This document shows, piece by piece, positions 39,864 through 51,295 of a stretch of 64,000 bases of DNA. The notes under the pieces were generated by a model that saw nothing but the letters and a program-made list of their open reading frames with translations, ran no database searches and was not told where the DNA came from. The DNA comes from Rhodosorus marinus CCMP1338 (Eukaryota > Plantae > Rhodophyta), in assembly GCA_029953675.1 (NCBI GenBank), contig JAMWBK010000001.1, forward strand, positions 1,798,001 through 1,862,000, given 5' to 3'. Position 1 is the stretch's first letter. Every line of letters begins with the position of its first letter. Position numbers and translations under genes: made by a program.

Positions 39864-41614
39864 TCAATCTGGTTGATTGGGAGTGTCAGCCGGTTGTGGA
39901 TTGGACTTGCTGTTAGATTGGACTGCAAGCGCATTCAGCTGCTGGTTAAGCCATTTGATGACCTGTAAGTGGGTTCGCTTCAGAAGCCTGAAAGAGAGTA
40001 GCGTTTCTGTTGTTGTTTGTGATGGTTTACCTCATGGTTGTTGAGAATCGTCTTCTTCTGACTGGAAATCAGATGATCCGCCTCCTGAAGCCTGTTCGTA
40101 AGCTCAGTAGACTGTTCAGCGAGGGCTTCTCTCTCGTCGAATTGTTTCTGCAGGACTTTGTACTTTTCCCGAAGACTGCTCATGGAGGCTACAAGAGCTT
40201 CCTTCTCAGCGAGCGCCACTTCCAACTTCTCCACCTGGAAGGAAGTGGCAACTTTTGCGCTCTCAGCGAACTTGAGTTGTTCCTCGCACTTGACCAGTTT
40301 CGAAGTCAGTTCAGCGTTCGCCGATTCAAGTCGTGCGCGTTCTGCAGCGCTCTAAACGTTAACGGTGAGGAGGAATTTAGAGGCTATGAGAAAATCGGCG
40401 CAATCGGTTTACAGAGTCTTGCCCGCTGGACCGTGCTTACCGACTCGAGCAAGGCCCCTATGTGGGAGGCCATCTTGTCTCCGTCCTTGGATGCTCTTTC
40501 CAAAAACTGTAGTTTCTCTGTAGCAGCCAGTTCTCTTTGCCGCGACGTTTTAGCCTCCGAGGATAGCTTCTCGCTCTCAGTCCTTTCCTTTTCGAGCGTT
40601 TTAAGCGCTTCACTCAACTGCGAAAAGCGATTTATGCTCTATTTTCAGCGCAAGCGGTTCACTGACAACCCTCGAGGACAGAAATTCTGAAATGAGCTGT
40701 TTGCAAACCTGCTTCTGCGAACCCTGCACATGCTTTCGAAGCTCCTCGGTCTCATGCTGGCTGTTCTCGAGCTTTTCAATTTTGTCCTGCAGTCTGGCCA
40801 CTTCTTCCGAAGATGCACGTTTGCTTTCCACCAGTTCCTGCAGAAACGTATATGAGTTAGATTATATCGAATGGTGCTATGGAATGGGGCTGCGGAGAGT
40901 GAGAAACACACATTTTGGAGTTTTCTAATCTCATCAGCGCTTTCCGCTCGTTTTCTTTTCTCTTGATCTGCGATATTCCCAGCTTCTGCAGCTTCCCGCG
41001 TAAGTCTATCGACGATGCCCTTGACGTGTAGGTCAACGTCAACTGGCTCAGCTTCCTTCACGTGCAGACTTAAATGTCTAAGCGTCTTGAACTCGTTTGG
41101 CTCCAAGATGGAGAATTGCTTAGTGACTCCCTGAGAGCAAATGTGCGTTTAGCTGAATGGGCCTCACTGGTTCATGCTGAACATGGCGATGTCGAAGACA
41201 CCAACTTACATCATCAACCTCTTCTACCCAAACTTCCAGACGAGGCTCTCGATGTGATTCTGCGCGGCACTCCTTTAAGAGCCCAGCAAGTTTCACCGGA
41301 AAGGAATTGAATTCGATCTTGAGACGCTGCTTTTGGCGTAGTTCAGCGTACTCGCCTGGACCACATTCAAAAACGAGAAGGAAAAGGGGTCTCTTGGAGT
41401 CGCTGATCTAAGCCCCCGAAGAGTTGATTCCATTTCGTCAGGTATCTTACACGGCATCGCAGCCCTGATTTGAACGCCCTACCTTCAAGCTCAGCGACAA
41501 CTCTCTTCCTCTTACATCCCGCTCCAGGACCACATTCAGATGCCGTTTCTCAACTTTCCCACCCTCCGCAACGAGCGACTCCAGAACTTCATCGAACAGC
41601 GTATTCGCTGCCAT
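39864..41614 (-). CDS. SAS6: Spindle assembly abnormal protein 6 (SAS-6) homolog, 7 exons, 424 aa
   Basis: Exons 41614-41483, 41407-41210, 41130-40912, 40837-40709, 40617-40441, 40351-40031, 39962-39864; six phase-0 GT-AG introns. Head: LKISDSKRPLFLL...EYAELRQKQRLKIEFNSFPVKLAGLLKEC...EPR...LEPNEFKTLRHLSL. Coiled coil ending TILNNHEVIKWLNQQLN. Confidence 0.88.
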
Positions 41615-41914
41615 GGATCTTTCCCTCCCAGACCCGTCCTCACGACGCAACAACCCCCACATCAACGCACCAATCCACCGTACAGCCTTCTACGCCTCAC
41701 ATCTCGCCCACATCACCCCTCAAACCCAACCGCCAAAGGAAACATTTCAATCCCACATATCAGATAGTCACCGAACTACCCTCCTCAGCCTATCTACCTT
41801 ACCTATATCCTCATCATCAACCCTCCCAGTGATCTACAAACCCCCAAGCTCCCCAACCTGATCCCAAATGAATCCCTTTGCCGCTTCAAGTACTAACCCA
41901 ACCACATACGCAGA

Positions 41915-42038
41915 AATATCTCAACATATTCCAGATATATAATATATCTCTAAATATGATAGATACCTTCAGATATGTAGAGGACGTATATATCGTAAGA
42001 TATATACCGATATGTTCACAATTCTCTAGATATGTTCA
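41915..42038. promoter_or_regulatory. Dense GATAT/ATATC motif cluster upstream of SAS-6
   Basis: About eight GATAT motifs on both strands in about 120 bp, including two copies of gatatgttca (42009, 42029). Confidence 0.3.
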
Positions 42039-42448
42039 ACGGTAAATCTTCGTTAAGCAGTTAGCATGAAGGGCATTCTTCGCCTTATTCGGTCAGCTCG
42101 GTTGGAGAAGAGTCAGTTGGACGTCAGGACATCAAGTGATATCTCTGGATGGTCGTCGAATCATATGGTCGATTCATAAAAGCACTTGAGAATCTGAACT
42201 GGCTTTATGGGACCCGAACGTGGAATCCAACTCCAACGAATCACGGATGAAATATCAAGAGGTCATTCCGCCAGTGTACAATGTGAAAAAGCGTCGTAGA
42301 TGCTGATTATCAGACCTGGGAGCTCATCTGGATGATTTTTGCCTGGGTGTGTATATATCAAACAGCATGAAGGCATTTTAAAACAATTAAGTTGGTTCAA
42401 GAATTCTCGTGTTCTCAGGAATCCCCTCTCCCCCCCTCCGCGATAATG

Positions 42449-43168
42449 TTACGGACCCATCCTCATTCTGTTCCCTACCACTCGTGTGAGACCTGCGCGT
42501 TGAATGTTTAACGCGATCAAGTCGTGACCAAGGTTGTCATCGTCTCTCACCATGAACACTCTTCCCTCAGAGTTGAAATTCTGCACAGCCGTGTCTCCAA
42601 CCCCAGTTGGCATGCCGATGCAAAATTCCTCGTCTTCCGCATTCGGGAGGGTCCAAACGACCTCAGTGAGGTGACCGCCATCCGCATGATCTGAACTGTC
42701 CAAAGAGGGTGTCTCAAACTCCGTGGACTCGCAACTCGCAACCCGAACGTGTACATTAGTCTTCATCTCCACGTCATAGACCACAACCTCGTCCCCATCT
42801 GTCATCGACCCCCGGACAGGGAGGTATCGGAACATCATGCTATCGAATGTAGCGCCGTTGGCGCTCGACGGGTCTTGCTCGTAGGTCCCGATTAACAGAC
42901 CATTCCTTGGTCCTTTGTGAAGCACGTTCTGAAGTATCGGCTCCGTGAAGTACGCAACCTGTTCTCGTCCCACATACCGAGTCTTAGCCCTTGACGTGTG
43001 AGTGAAATGACCAGCTGATTCATAAACTGGAGTTTCCGACACTTCCACAGCAATTTCTACAACATCTCCCAGATTTACATCGTAGAGCCGAAACGTTTCC
43101 CTCCGGGCATCTACAAGTACAGCTCCCAAGAGCAACAACACCCCACTGACTATGGCTGTCTTCCTCAT
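42449..43168 (-). CDS. Single-exon secreted orphan protein, 239 aa
   Basis: ATG-started ORF with a typical signal peptide (MRKTAIVSGVLLLLGAVLVDA); acidic, beta-strand-like mature part; no family recognised. Confidence 0.75.
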   Translation of the reverse strand: MRKTAIVSGVLLLLGAVLVDARRETFRLYDVNLGDVVEIAVEVSETPVYESAGHFTHTSRAKTRYVGREQVAYFTEPILQNVLHKGPRNGLLIGTYEQDPSSANGATFDSMMFRYLPVRGSMTDGDEVVVYDVEMKTNVHVRVASCESTEFETPSLDSSDHADGGHLTEVVWTLPNAEDEEFCIGMPTGVGDTAVQNFNSEGRVFMVRDDDNLGHDLIALNIQRAGLTRVVGNRMRMGP

Positions 43169-43441
43169 CCTTGGCAGTCGGAATACTAGCCCGAATCTCT
43201 TGAAGTCTATAGAATGGATTGACCAGTGGATACTTCTAAGCTCCCAGGATGAGGGATTAAATACTAATTGCCGAGAACACTTTCAACTAAGGCTACTCAT
43301 GTCAACCTGCTAGGAAGACGCAGCAGTCGGCTTTGTCAACCCTACCAGAAAACCTATGGATAGCCCGGGTTACAGAGGCCGTGGCGGTCGGCTCCTGGGT
43401 CAGGCTGGTCGTCCCGAAAGGCTACTTAAAAGCTACCAGGA

Positions 43442-43484
43442 TAGTCTGGGGTTACGTTAGTCTGGGGTAACGTTAGTCTGGGGT
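43442..43484 (+). repeat. 16-bp G-rich tandem repeat TAGTCTGGGGTTACGT, about 2.7 copies
   Basis: tagtctggggttacgt tagtctggggtaacgt tagtctggggt; the same unit recurs at 59930. Confidence 0.85.
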
Positions 43485-43848
43485 AGTGGGTGTGGTGTTA
43501 CTAACCATCGAAAATACTTTCAGCTAAGTCACGCGACGCGTGTCAACCTACCCGGCTGAGCCAATACTTATTGCGTTCCCCCAACCTTCCACAAGCTCCT
43601 TGAGACCGTGGTTAGCCCGGTTTCAAAAGGCCTCATACCATCTGAATAGTCGCTTGGGCGGGGCTGAGGGTCGTCGAAAGGCTTCGCCATCTTCTCATCT
43701 GAGCTGGCTAGCACTTTATCAACTTTCACCCGCGAAACCCACAAGGGCCACACCATGTTTTTCTGTTAGTAGTTTTGTATGTTTCCTAATCAGCGGGTCG
43801 GGCAGACTTATATATACGTGGACGAAGGTGAGCTGAGTGAATCTCTCG

Positions 43849-43906
43849 ACGGGGCTGGTGATGCACTAGCAACTACGGGGCTGGTGATGCACTAGCAACT
43901 ACGGGG
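43849..43906 (+). repeat. Perfect 26-bp tandem duplication
   Basis: acggggctggtgatgcactagcaact twice, followed by acgggg. Confidence 0.9.
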
Positions 43907-44137
43907 TGGTTTTTATAGGAACGCTTGGCAAGCAGAGTTTTGGGATACCCAACGCTCTCGCTTTTTTGCTGCTCAATCATCTTAGTGAAGAGCGACAACT
44001 TTCTTCAATTTATTGCAAAACTGAGTATCCAGGATTCAGGTGGTTTTTCTTGCAATCCCTAAAACGACTACTCGTGTCCAAAACAAATTCAAAAGAACAA
44101 AACCAGAACAAGGGGCGCACTCATGGACCCCCACCAA

Positions 44138-47100
44138 CTAAACTTCGTCGTCCCTGGTTCTAGCCTCGTCTGGAGGCGCATCATTGACGTCGTCGAAGTT
44201 TATAGTTACGTCCTTATTTGCGCCAGGCTCGTCCTCGAAACCTCGCAGGCCAGGTAGATTCGTTAGGTCGACATTAACTCCCGCGTTCACGGCGGAAACT
44301 CCACCCGCAGCGTTCAGGGCTTCTTCATATGCAGAGCCAGCCACAACCTCGTCAATGGGTACGCTTCGACCAGTAGCACGTTTCGCAACCACCTTCGGGG
44401 GAGCCTTAATCTGGCCGTCCGCCGCAATACTCTTCATTTCCTCCATCTTCTTGTTCGCATCTCTGCCATTGATCCACCAAAGTCCAGCAGCGAGGATAAC
44501 AACGACAACGAACAGAATAAGACCCACGTACCACAGACTCAGATCTGGCCTCATTAGCGAAATCGCGACAAGCCCCACCGTAGTCATCAGCTTGATGAGA
44601 ATGTTCATAGAAGGCCCGCTAGTGTCCTTAAACGGATCGCCAACAGTATCACCAGCAACCGTAGCCTTATGCCACTCGGATCCTTTCGAGTTCTCCTCAC
44701 CAAAAAAGCCAGACTCAACCAACTTCTTCGCATTATCCCATGCTCCACCGGCGTTGGACATCAGAATTCCCATCATATATCCGCTGCCGATTGCAGCAAT
44801 CAGCAGCCCAACCAACGGCTGTTGACCAAACGCGAACCCAATAATCAGCGGAGAGAGAATTGCAATCATCCCTGGCGCAATCATTTCGCGGATGGATGAA
44901 GTTGTCGATATAGCAATACAGCGCCGGTGGTTAGGTCGAACTCCAGGCTTTCCCTCACGGAGACCGGGCATGGTATTGAACTGATGACGTACTTCAGCCA
45001 TGATCGCCCTTGCTGCCCTTGACACAGCGAGCATTGTCAAGGCACCGAACAAATACGGCAACATGATACCAATAAACACCGCTCCAACAACGTAAATGTC
45101 AGTCAACGATATTTGGATAGTATCGTCCAGGATCTTTGTGGGCAACTCATCCGCTGTACCCGTCAGTTCAATTGGGTCCGGAGCAAGCCCAGAATCCTGA
45201 ATCAGAGCGGTTAGGAGAGCATACGCAGTAAGCACTGCAGATCCATTCGAGAACCCTTTCCCAGTGGCAGCTGTGGTGTTTCCCAACGCATCGAGGGCAT
45301 CAGTAGTTTCTCTCACTTCCGGCGGCAACTCAGCCATTTCCGCAATGCCCCCAGCATTGTCTGCCACAGGCCCATAAGCGTCCGTTGCCATAGTAATGCC
45401 CAGCGTACTCAACATTCCCACTGCGCTTACAGCTATTCCGTACGCAGAGAACAAAGCAAATGTTCCTATGATAACAGCAAGCACCAGTAACATCGGCGCC
45501 ACCGTGGAAAGCATTCCAATCCCAAGTCCTTGGATAACAACAGCTCCAGGTCCATACTCGCCGCTTTGCGCGATGCTCTTCGTGGGCCAGTAGCCCCCGC
45601 TCGTCGAGAATTCAGTCAAGAACCCGATACTGACTCCAAGGAGAAGACCGAGAATCACGCACAAAAATAGCCTCCATGGCACCTCGACCGGAGCTGGATA
45701 CTCATAGAGGAGGGAATCCAAAGGTCTATAGTAATCAAAATCTATGAAAGAGCCATCTGGAATATTGTTCTCATTAGGGATGCACTGTGTATCCGGGTCG
45801 CTAGAAAGTACGAAGCGCGGGAGATCCGGTCTTCCAAATCCAAGGTTGTTCTGGAAGTCAGAACCAGCACCAAAGAAGCCCCAAGCAAGGCCAGCGGCCC
45901 CTCCCAGGACGAATACGGCTCCGACTGCAATGTTCAAATTAAGTGCAAGCAGGAGCTTCTCATTCCAGTGCTCACGCTTGACCTTGGACAGGTCGGGTAC
46001 GCGAACGTAGAAAGTACATATGCAAGCAGTCAAGACCCCGACGCATCCCATCATAAACGGAAAGGCAACGAACAATGACACCGATCCGAAGGTTCGAAGA
46101 AATGGATACGTCAGATAAAAGTCCTCATTGGTGCAGATAAAATATGCATACGAAGTGCCGTCCGGAAATCCAAGAGGGCCACAGGTTTCGTCAATGTAAA
46201 GGTGGTTGGCAACGCACAGCGCAAGGGAATTGCTGAAATAGTACGGCAGCGAGGCCCCAAGAATCGCCGTCGCTACAATGGAACCCACATATGATTCGAA
46301 CAAGTCAGCTCCCATCCCTGCGACGTCCCCGACGTTATCTCCAACGTTGTCTGCAATAGTCGCAGGATTTCGGGGGTCATCCTCTGGAATACCAGCCTCA
46401 ACTTTTCCAATGAGATCGGCACCCACATCAGCGGCTTTTGTATAAATGCCTCCACCGACACGAGCAAACAAGGCAACCGAGGACGCCCCAGCGGAGAAAC
46501 CGGCTAGTGCACGAACGTCCCGTAGCAGAAGATAAGAGGCCGAGAGACCTCCCAGTCCTGTGGAAACCACTGCTAGACCCATGACTGCCCCACTGCGAAA
46601 CGCAATGTTCAGGCCATCTTCAATTCCTATTGCTGACATTGCGGAAGTACGAACGTTTCCTCGAGTTGCGATGCTCATCCCTATGTAACCCGTGACACCC
46701 GACAGAATGGCCCCTATTAACAGGCACACAGCCAGTCGCCAGTTGATTCCAAAGCCGGTGAGCAACAACAGCGCGAGGATCAGTATTATCAGAAACGCGT
46801 ATTCACGACGAAGAAACTCCACAGAGCCCTCTCGGATATACGAAGCAATTTCAACCATTCTCGGGGTGCCGCAGTCCTGACGTATGACGTTGATCGCGTA
46901 CAAACACACCACCACATACCCAAGAGCTGCTGCTGTCATCGCCGCCCAGATATAAACAGACGGAACTAAGAACGCAGAAAATGGAACATGCACATTGGCT
47001 TAGCAAGTCGGGACAATGACAGCCTGGCACCTGGACCTTCGATGTGGTTGCACGCTTACTTATAAACGGAAATGTTTCGAACAAGTAGCCTGCATCCGGG

Positions 47101-47432
47101 TTCGTGCTCTGGTCAATGGTAGTGCAGATCCCTTCGATTTGACAGTTCGCGGCCAGACCCAACCAGACCAAAAAGAATAGGGTGATCAGAACCCAGAACA
47201 CTAGGAAGACAATTAAAATGATGCTGGTCGTGCCCGTGTCTCTCAGAGCTTTGAGGTCCACCTCGTACTCTCCCTCCTCTTCATCCTCATCGTACTTCAG
47301 ATCCCAGGCCGGCACAAAGCCCTTCTCCCCAATCGCATGATCGGCATCTGGCGGTTTTGGGACAAAGTCCGGGTCGACCTCCTCGTCATCGACACCCGGA
47401 GGTGGAGGTATAGGAGCTGGTGGGTCCTCCAT
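44138..47432 (-). CDS. Membrane-bound ion-pumping pyrophosphatase, K+-dependent signature, about 1066 aa, 2 exons
   Basis: GGGIYTKAADVGADL, EDDPRNPATIADNVGDNVGD, DAYGPVADNAGGIAEM, GGAWDNAKK, GDTVGDPFKDTSGP. A phase-1 intron at 46966-47059 joins an upstream exon starting at ATG 47432. Confidence 0.93.
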
Positions 47433-49031
47433 CCTCAACTCCAACAATTCAAAAAAAAAAGCCCCCTATCGGAACACCCTGCGAACACCCTGCCCAACCT
47501 TCCTATTCTCCAACAAACCCCGACAGAATCAGAAGATTCTAAAACTGTCAAGCTCTGCCCCTCACAAGCACAACTTGTTATCCTCCACCTCAACGCAAAC
47601 AGTCAACGCTTTGCCTCTGAGAGAATTGCGTCCGTTTTCCCCCCTTCCCTTCTCCCCATTGGAAGCAGATCTGCAAGACGAGAACAACTACCCCCAACCA
47701 GCCCACCAAAAAAAAAAAAACTTCCCACCAAAGGTTGGAAAAATATAATTTATGATACTAGTACCATATTTAAAAATGGGAAACTAAGTTTACATTTTTA
47801 TTGATTGACTAATAACTAATGGCTTCTAATATTTTCTGTTTACGAATATGTCTTTTTTTGATACCCATCAACCCCCTTTGTCTCTTCCCGAAAATTTTCT
47901 CGTAGTAGATCAGCGATATATTTTGGAGAACTCATTGCATGAAAAAAAATTTGAAAGCGCGCTCCTAATATAGGATTCCGTTTTCGACTGTCTGGCAAGG
48001 GGGGGTGTCGAAGGTCGGAATCCGTTCAGCTAGATCAATGAAACGTTCAAAAACGATAATTTATCTACCAAATATGCGGCTTTTTGGGTGGGGCTGAGCA
48101 GCAAGCTCTTCTCAGGAAGGGGTTATGTAAAAAGTTCTCAGGACCCTCGTACGGATAAAAATTTGTGCATTGGATAAGGGGGGGTTCCAATGGTCTTTCC
48201 ATGCTTAAAGTCAGAACTCAGCAAAGAATGTTTTTAACTTGAATTTTAATTGGATTTCGGTTTCCAGAATCGGGGCAAAACTTCAAACAAGACCCAGAAT
48301 TCCACCATATACAGTAAAAAAAGAGGAGGAGAGGAGGGAGAGGTTTGCCGAGATGGGGTGGGGTGCGAAATCACAGTCAATGTCTGATTGTTTTTTATTT
48401 TCGCTCCCGATTTGAATTCCTGGAAATGAACAAACCAAACTCTTGTATTAAATTTAGGTTTTGCAGATTGGCAGGTAGCTTATTGTCAGGAAATGAAAAG
48501 AGACACATGGGAAAAACCTGAAACTGATTAAAACAATTACTAGGAGGAGTATTTCATTGTGATTGGAGGAGAGGAGCAACAGGACAGACTGGCAGATATA
48601 GGACAGACTGTCAGTGAGTTCAATTCATTGTGGAGTTCTTGATTTGCTGCCGCGGTGCTCTACCAGCTGTTCTCCCTGTTCTGGGATTCTGTTGTGAAGA
48701 GCGTTGGACAATGGCGCTCGAATTCGTGGCTTTAGGCCAAAGAAAAGCTGGAACTGGAACCCAGTTCTCCTCGTCGATATTCGAACACTCATGTTGAATG
48801 GGTCTGCCGATGCGTAGCTCTCCTTCGATCATGCGTTTTCGTCGGCAGCCGATGAATTTCGTAGAAGCGAAATACTTTCCTCTCTCGACTTAATGACATC
48901 CTGAGTTGAATTTATTCAGTCATCGACAAGCAAGCCCTTCGCAAAGACAGTGATTTAAACAAAACTTGGACGAGCACTGAGGTGAGGGTAAACTAGCTTG
49001 AAGATCGAAAGGCTTCTGCACTTCAAACGAG

Positions 49032-50390
49032 CTACTTCTTTGCAGCCTTCTGGGCCGACTTGGTTGCCTTGCCCTCGGTCTCCTTCTTCTCGACGGACTT
49101 GATGACACCGACGGCCACCGTTTGCCGCATGTCACGGACCGCAAATCGTCCCAATGGAGGGTAGGACGTAAAGCTCTCAACGCACATAGGCTTGGACGGA
49201 ATCATGTTCACCATGGCGGCGTCTCCGGACTTGATCATCTTCGGGGCCTCTTCAACAGTCTTTCCAGTTCGCCTGTCGATCTTGACAAGGAGCTCCTTGA
49301 ACTTGCACGCAATATGCGCGGTGTGGCAGTCAAGAACCGGCGCGTATCCCGCGTGGATTTCTCCGGGGTGGTTCAGAATGATAACCTGGGCCTTGAAGCT
49401 AGCGCATCCCGACGCGGGATCGCTCTTGCTGTCCGAGCACACGTAACCACGCTTCAGGTCCTTAACAGCAACATTCTTAACGTTGAACCCGACGTTGTCA
49501 CCAGGCACGGCCTGGGGAAGGGATTCGTGATGCATTTCTACGGACTTGACTTCAGTGGACAGGCCAGTAGGCGCGAAAGTCACCACCATACCGGGCTTGA
49601 TAACTCCAGTTTCCACACGTCCCACAGGCACGGTTCCGATACCTCCGATCTTGTACACGTCCTGAAGCGGAAGCCTCAGAGGCTTGTCCGACGGTCTCTT
49701 CGGGGGCTGGATCGCGTCCAGAGCCTCCAGCAGGCACATGCCCTTATACCAGGCTCCAAGCGGATGGTCTCCCTTCACCTTCTCGAAGAGGTTGTCACCT
49801 GTCCATCCAGAGGTAGGAATCTTGGGTACCTTGGCGGGGTTGTACCCGACCTTCTTAAGGTAAAGATCCATCTCCTTCGAGATTTCGTCGTATCTATCCT
49901 TAGACCAGTTCACAGATTTGTCGTCCATCTTGTTGCACGCAACGATCATCTGCTTCACACCAAGGGTGAAAGCAAGCAGGGCGTGCTCACGGGTCTGTCC
50001 GTTCTGGGAGATTCCAGCTTCGAACTCACCTGGTGGAGACGCAACAACAAGAATGGCAAGATCGGCCTGCGAGGTACCGGTAATCATGTTCTTGATGAAA
50101 TCACGATGTCCAGGGGCGTCGATGATGGTGAAGAAGTACTTGTCGGTCTCGAACTTCCACAACGCAATATCGATGGTGATACCACGCTCACGCTCGGCCT
50201 TCAATTTGTCCAGCACCCAGGCGTACTTGAAGGATCCCTTGCCCATTTCGGCGGCCTCCTTCTCGAACTTCTCGATGGCTCGCTTATCGATACCACCGCA
50301 CTTGTAGATTAAGTGTCCAGTAGTCGTCGACTTCCCAGCGTCGACATGTCCAATGACGACAATAGAAACGTGCTGCTTTTCCTTACCCAT
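49032..50390 (-). CDS. EF1A: Translation elongation factor 1-alpha, intronless, 452 aa
   Basis: [42 protein letters not shown]. Confidence 0.99.
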   Translation of the reverse strand: MGKEKQHVSIVVIGHVDAGKSTTTGHLIYKCGGIDKRAIEKFEKEAAEMGKGSFKYAWVLDKLKAERERGITIDIALWKFETDKYFFTIIDAPGHRDFIKNMITGTSQADLAILVVASPPGEFEAGISQNGQTREHALLAFTLGVKQMIVACNKMDDKSVNWSKDRYDEISKEMDLYLKKVGYNPAKVPKIPTSGWTGDNLFEKVKGDHPLGAWYKGMCLLEALDAIQPPKRPSDKPLRLPLQDVYKIGGIGTVPVGRVETGVIKPGMVVTFAPTGLSTEVKSVEMHHESLPQAVPGDNVGFNVKNVAVKDLKRGYVCSDSKSDPASGCASFKAQVIILNHPGEIHAGYAPVLDCHTAHIACKFKELLVKIDRRTGKTVEEAPKMIKSGDAAMVNMIPSKPMCVESFTSYPPLGRFAVRDMRQTVAVGVIKSVEKKETEGKATKSAQKAAKK

Positions 50391-51295
50391 GTTTACAATA
50401 CCACTAACTCCAAAACCAATCTCACAGAAGCTCGCCCTTCCTCAATCGCAAACTCCCTCAACTCCCCGCGCACCATCCACGACACTCCCCCCCCCCGGCG
50501 ACCCTAAACAGCTTTCCAACATATTTAGAGTGGGAGTCCCTGATACAGCACAATTCGCCCGCCGGCGACGGCAACAGAACTTACCCCTGCCAGAGTTCGT
50601 ACCACAGATTCTGACCCAGCCTCAAATACACCCAAAAAACGTCATCTACAGTATTTGATAAATTCTCTCCCCCCTAGCTCGCATCTGTACCGGTTATTTT
50701 TGGTGCTGGGCGAATGCTCCGTTAGGATTTTGATTGCCGTGACACTTTTCGGAAAGAATTCCACCCCACTAAAAAATTCCCTCGTCTCTGAAGGATAACA
50801 AAATTGTGAATATTACCCCCCTACTCCTGCCTTCTTGTGCCCAATCCGATAATCCCAATACGCGACCCCCTTAAGCAGATTGCTATGCAAATTAAATTTA
50901 AGAAATAAATAAAAATCCACTCGCTGTGCAAAAGCTCGAACGGGTCGACCAATGAGCGTTTTGTTCAGTGACAATTGTTTGATGTGCGCCTGGGGTTACT
51001 TGCAGGGGGTTAAGCATAGGGTGGAGTTGACTTTCGCACAACAGCAGGGATCTGGATTCTATCCACGCCGAGCTATGGGGTCAAACGAAGGATGTCCCTG
51101 AAGAGGACTCAATGAAGTTGTCGTTTACGGATGTATACGCTTAGTAGGCCCCACCACAGTACTAAGCAACACCTGTTGTTCCTACTCGATGCCATCAAGC
51201 ATGATAGTTTCTTCCTGCGCCAATCGGCCACTAGGAGATTTGCGAGAGGTGTAAATTGTGATTCTGGAATGAGACTGGTGTCCAAACGAGGATTG

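Noticed and set aside
40010-40690. 226-aa plus-strand ORF
   Set aside because: Antisense to SAS-6 coiled-coil exons and running through its introns; no recognisable features.
39864-41106. Generic or TACC-like coiled-coil protein
   Set aside because: The upstream exons supply a SAS-6 head and the C-terminal WLNQQLN motif, so SAS-6 explains it better.
43442-43906. Short repeats as a possible CRISPR array
   Set aside because: Head-to-tail copies without unique spacers, no cas genes, eukaryotic context.
44184-44899. 213-aa and 76-aa plus-strand ORFs
   Set aside because: Antisense shadows of the pyrophosphatase.
48620-48832. 70-aa ATG ORF downstream of EF1A
   Set aside because: Lies within the likely EF1A 3' region; no motifs or splice support.
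49122-50312. 396-aa plus-strand ORF
   Set aside because: Antisense shadow of the strongly codon-biased EF1A gene; no independent motifs.
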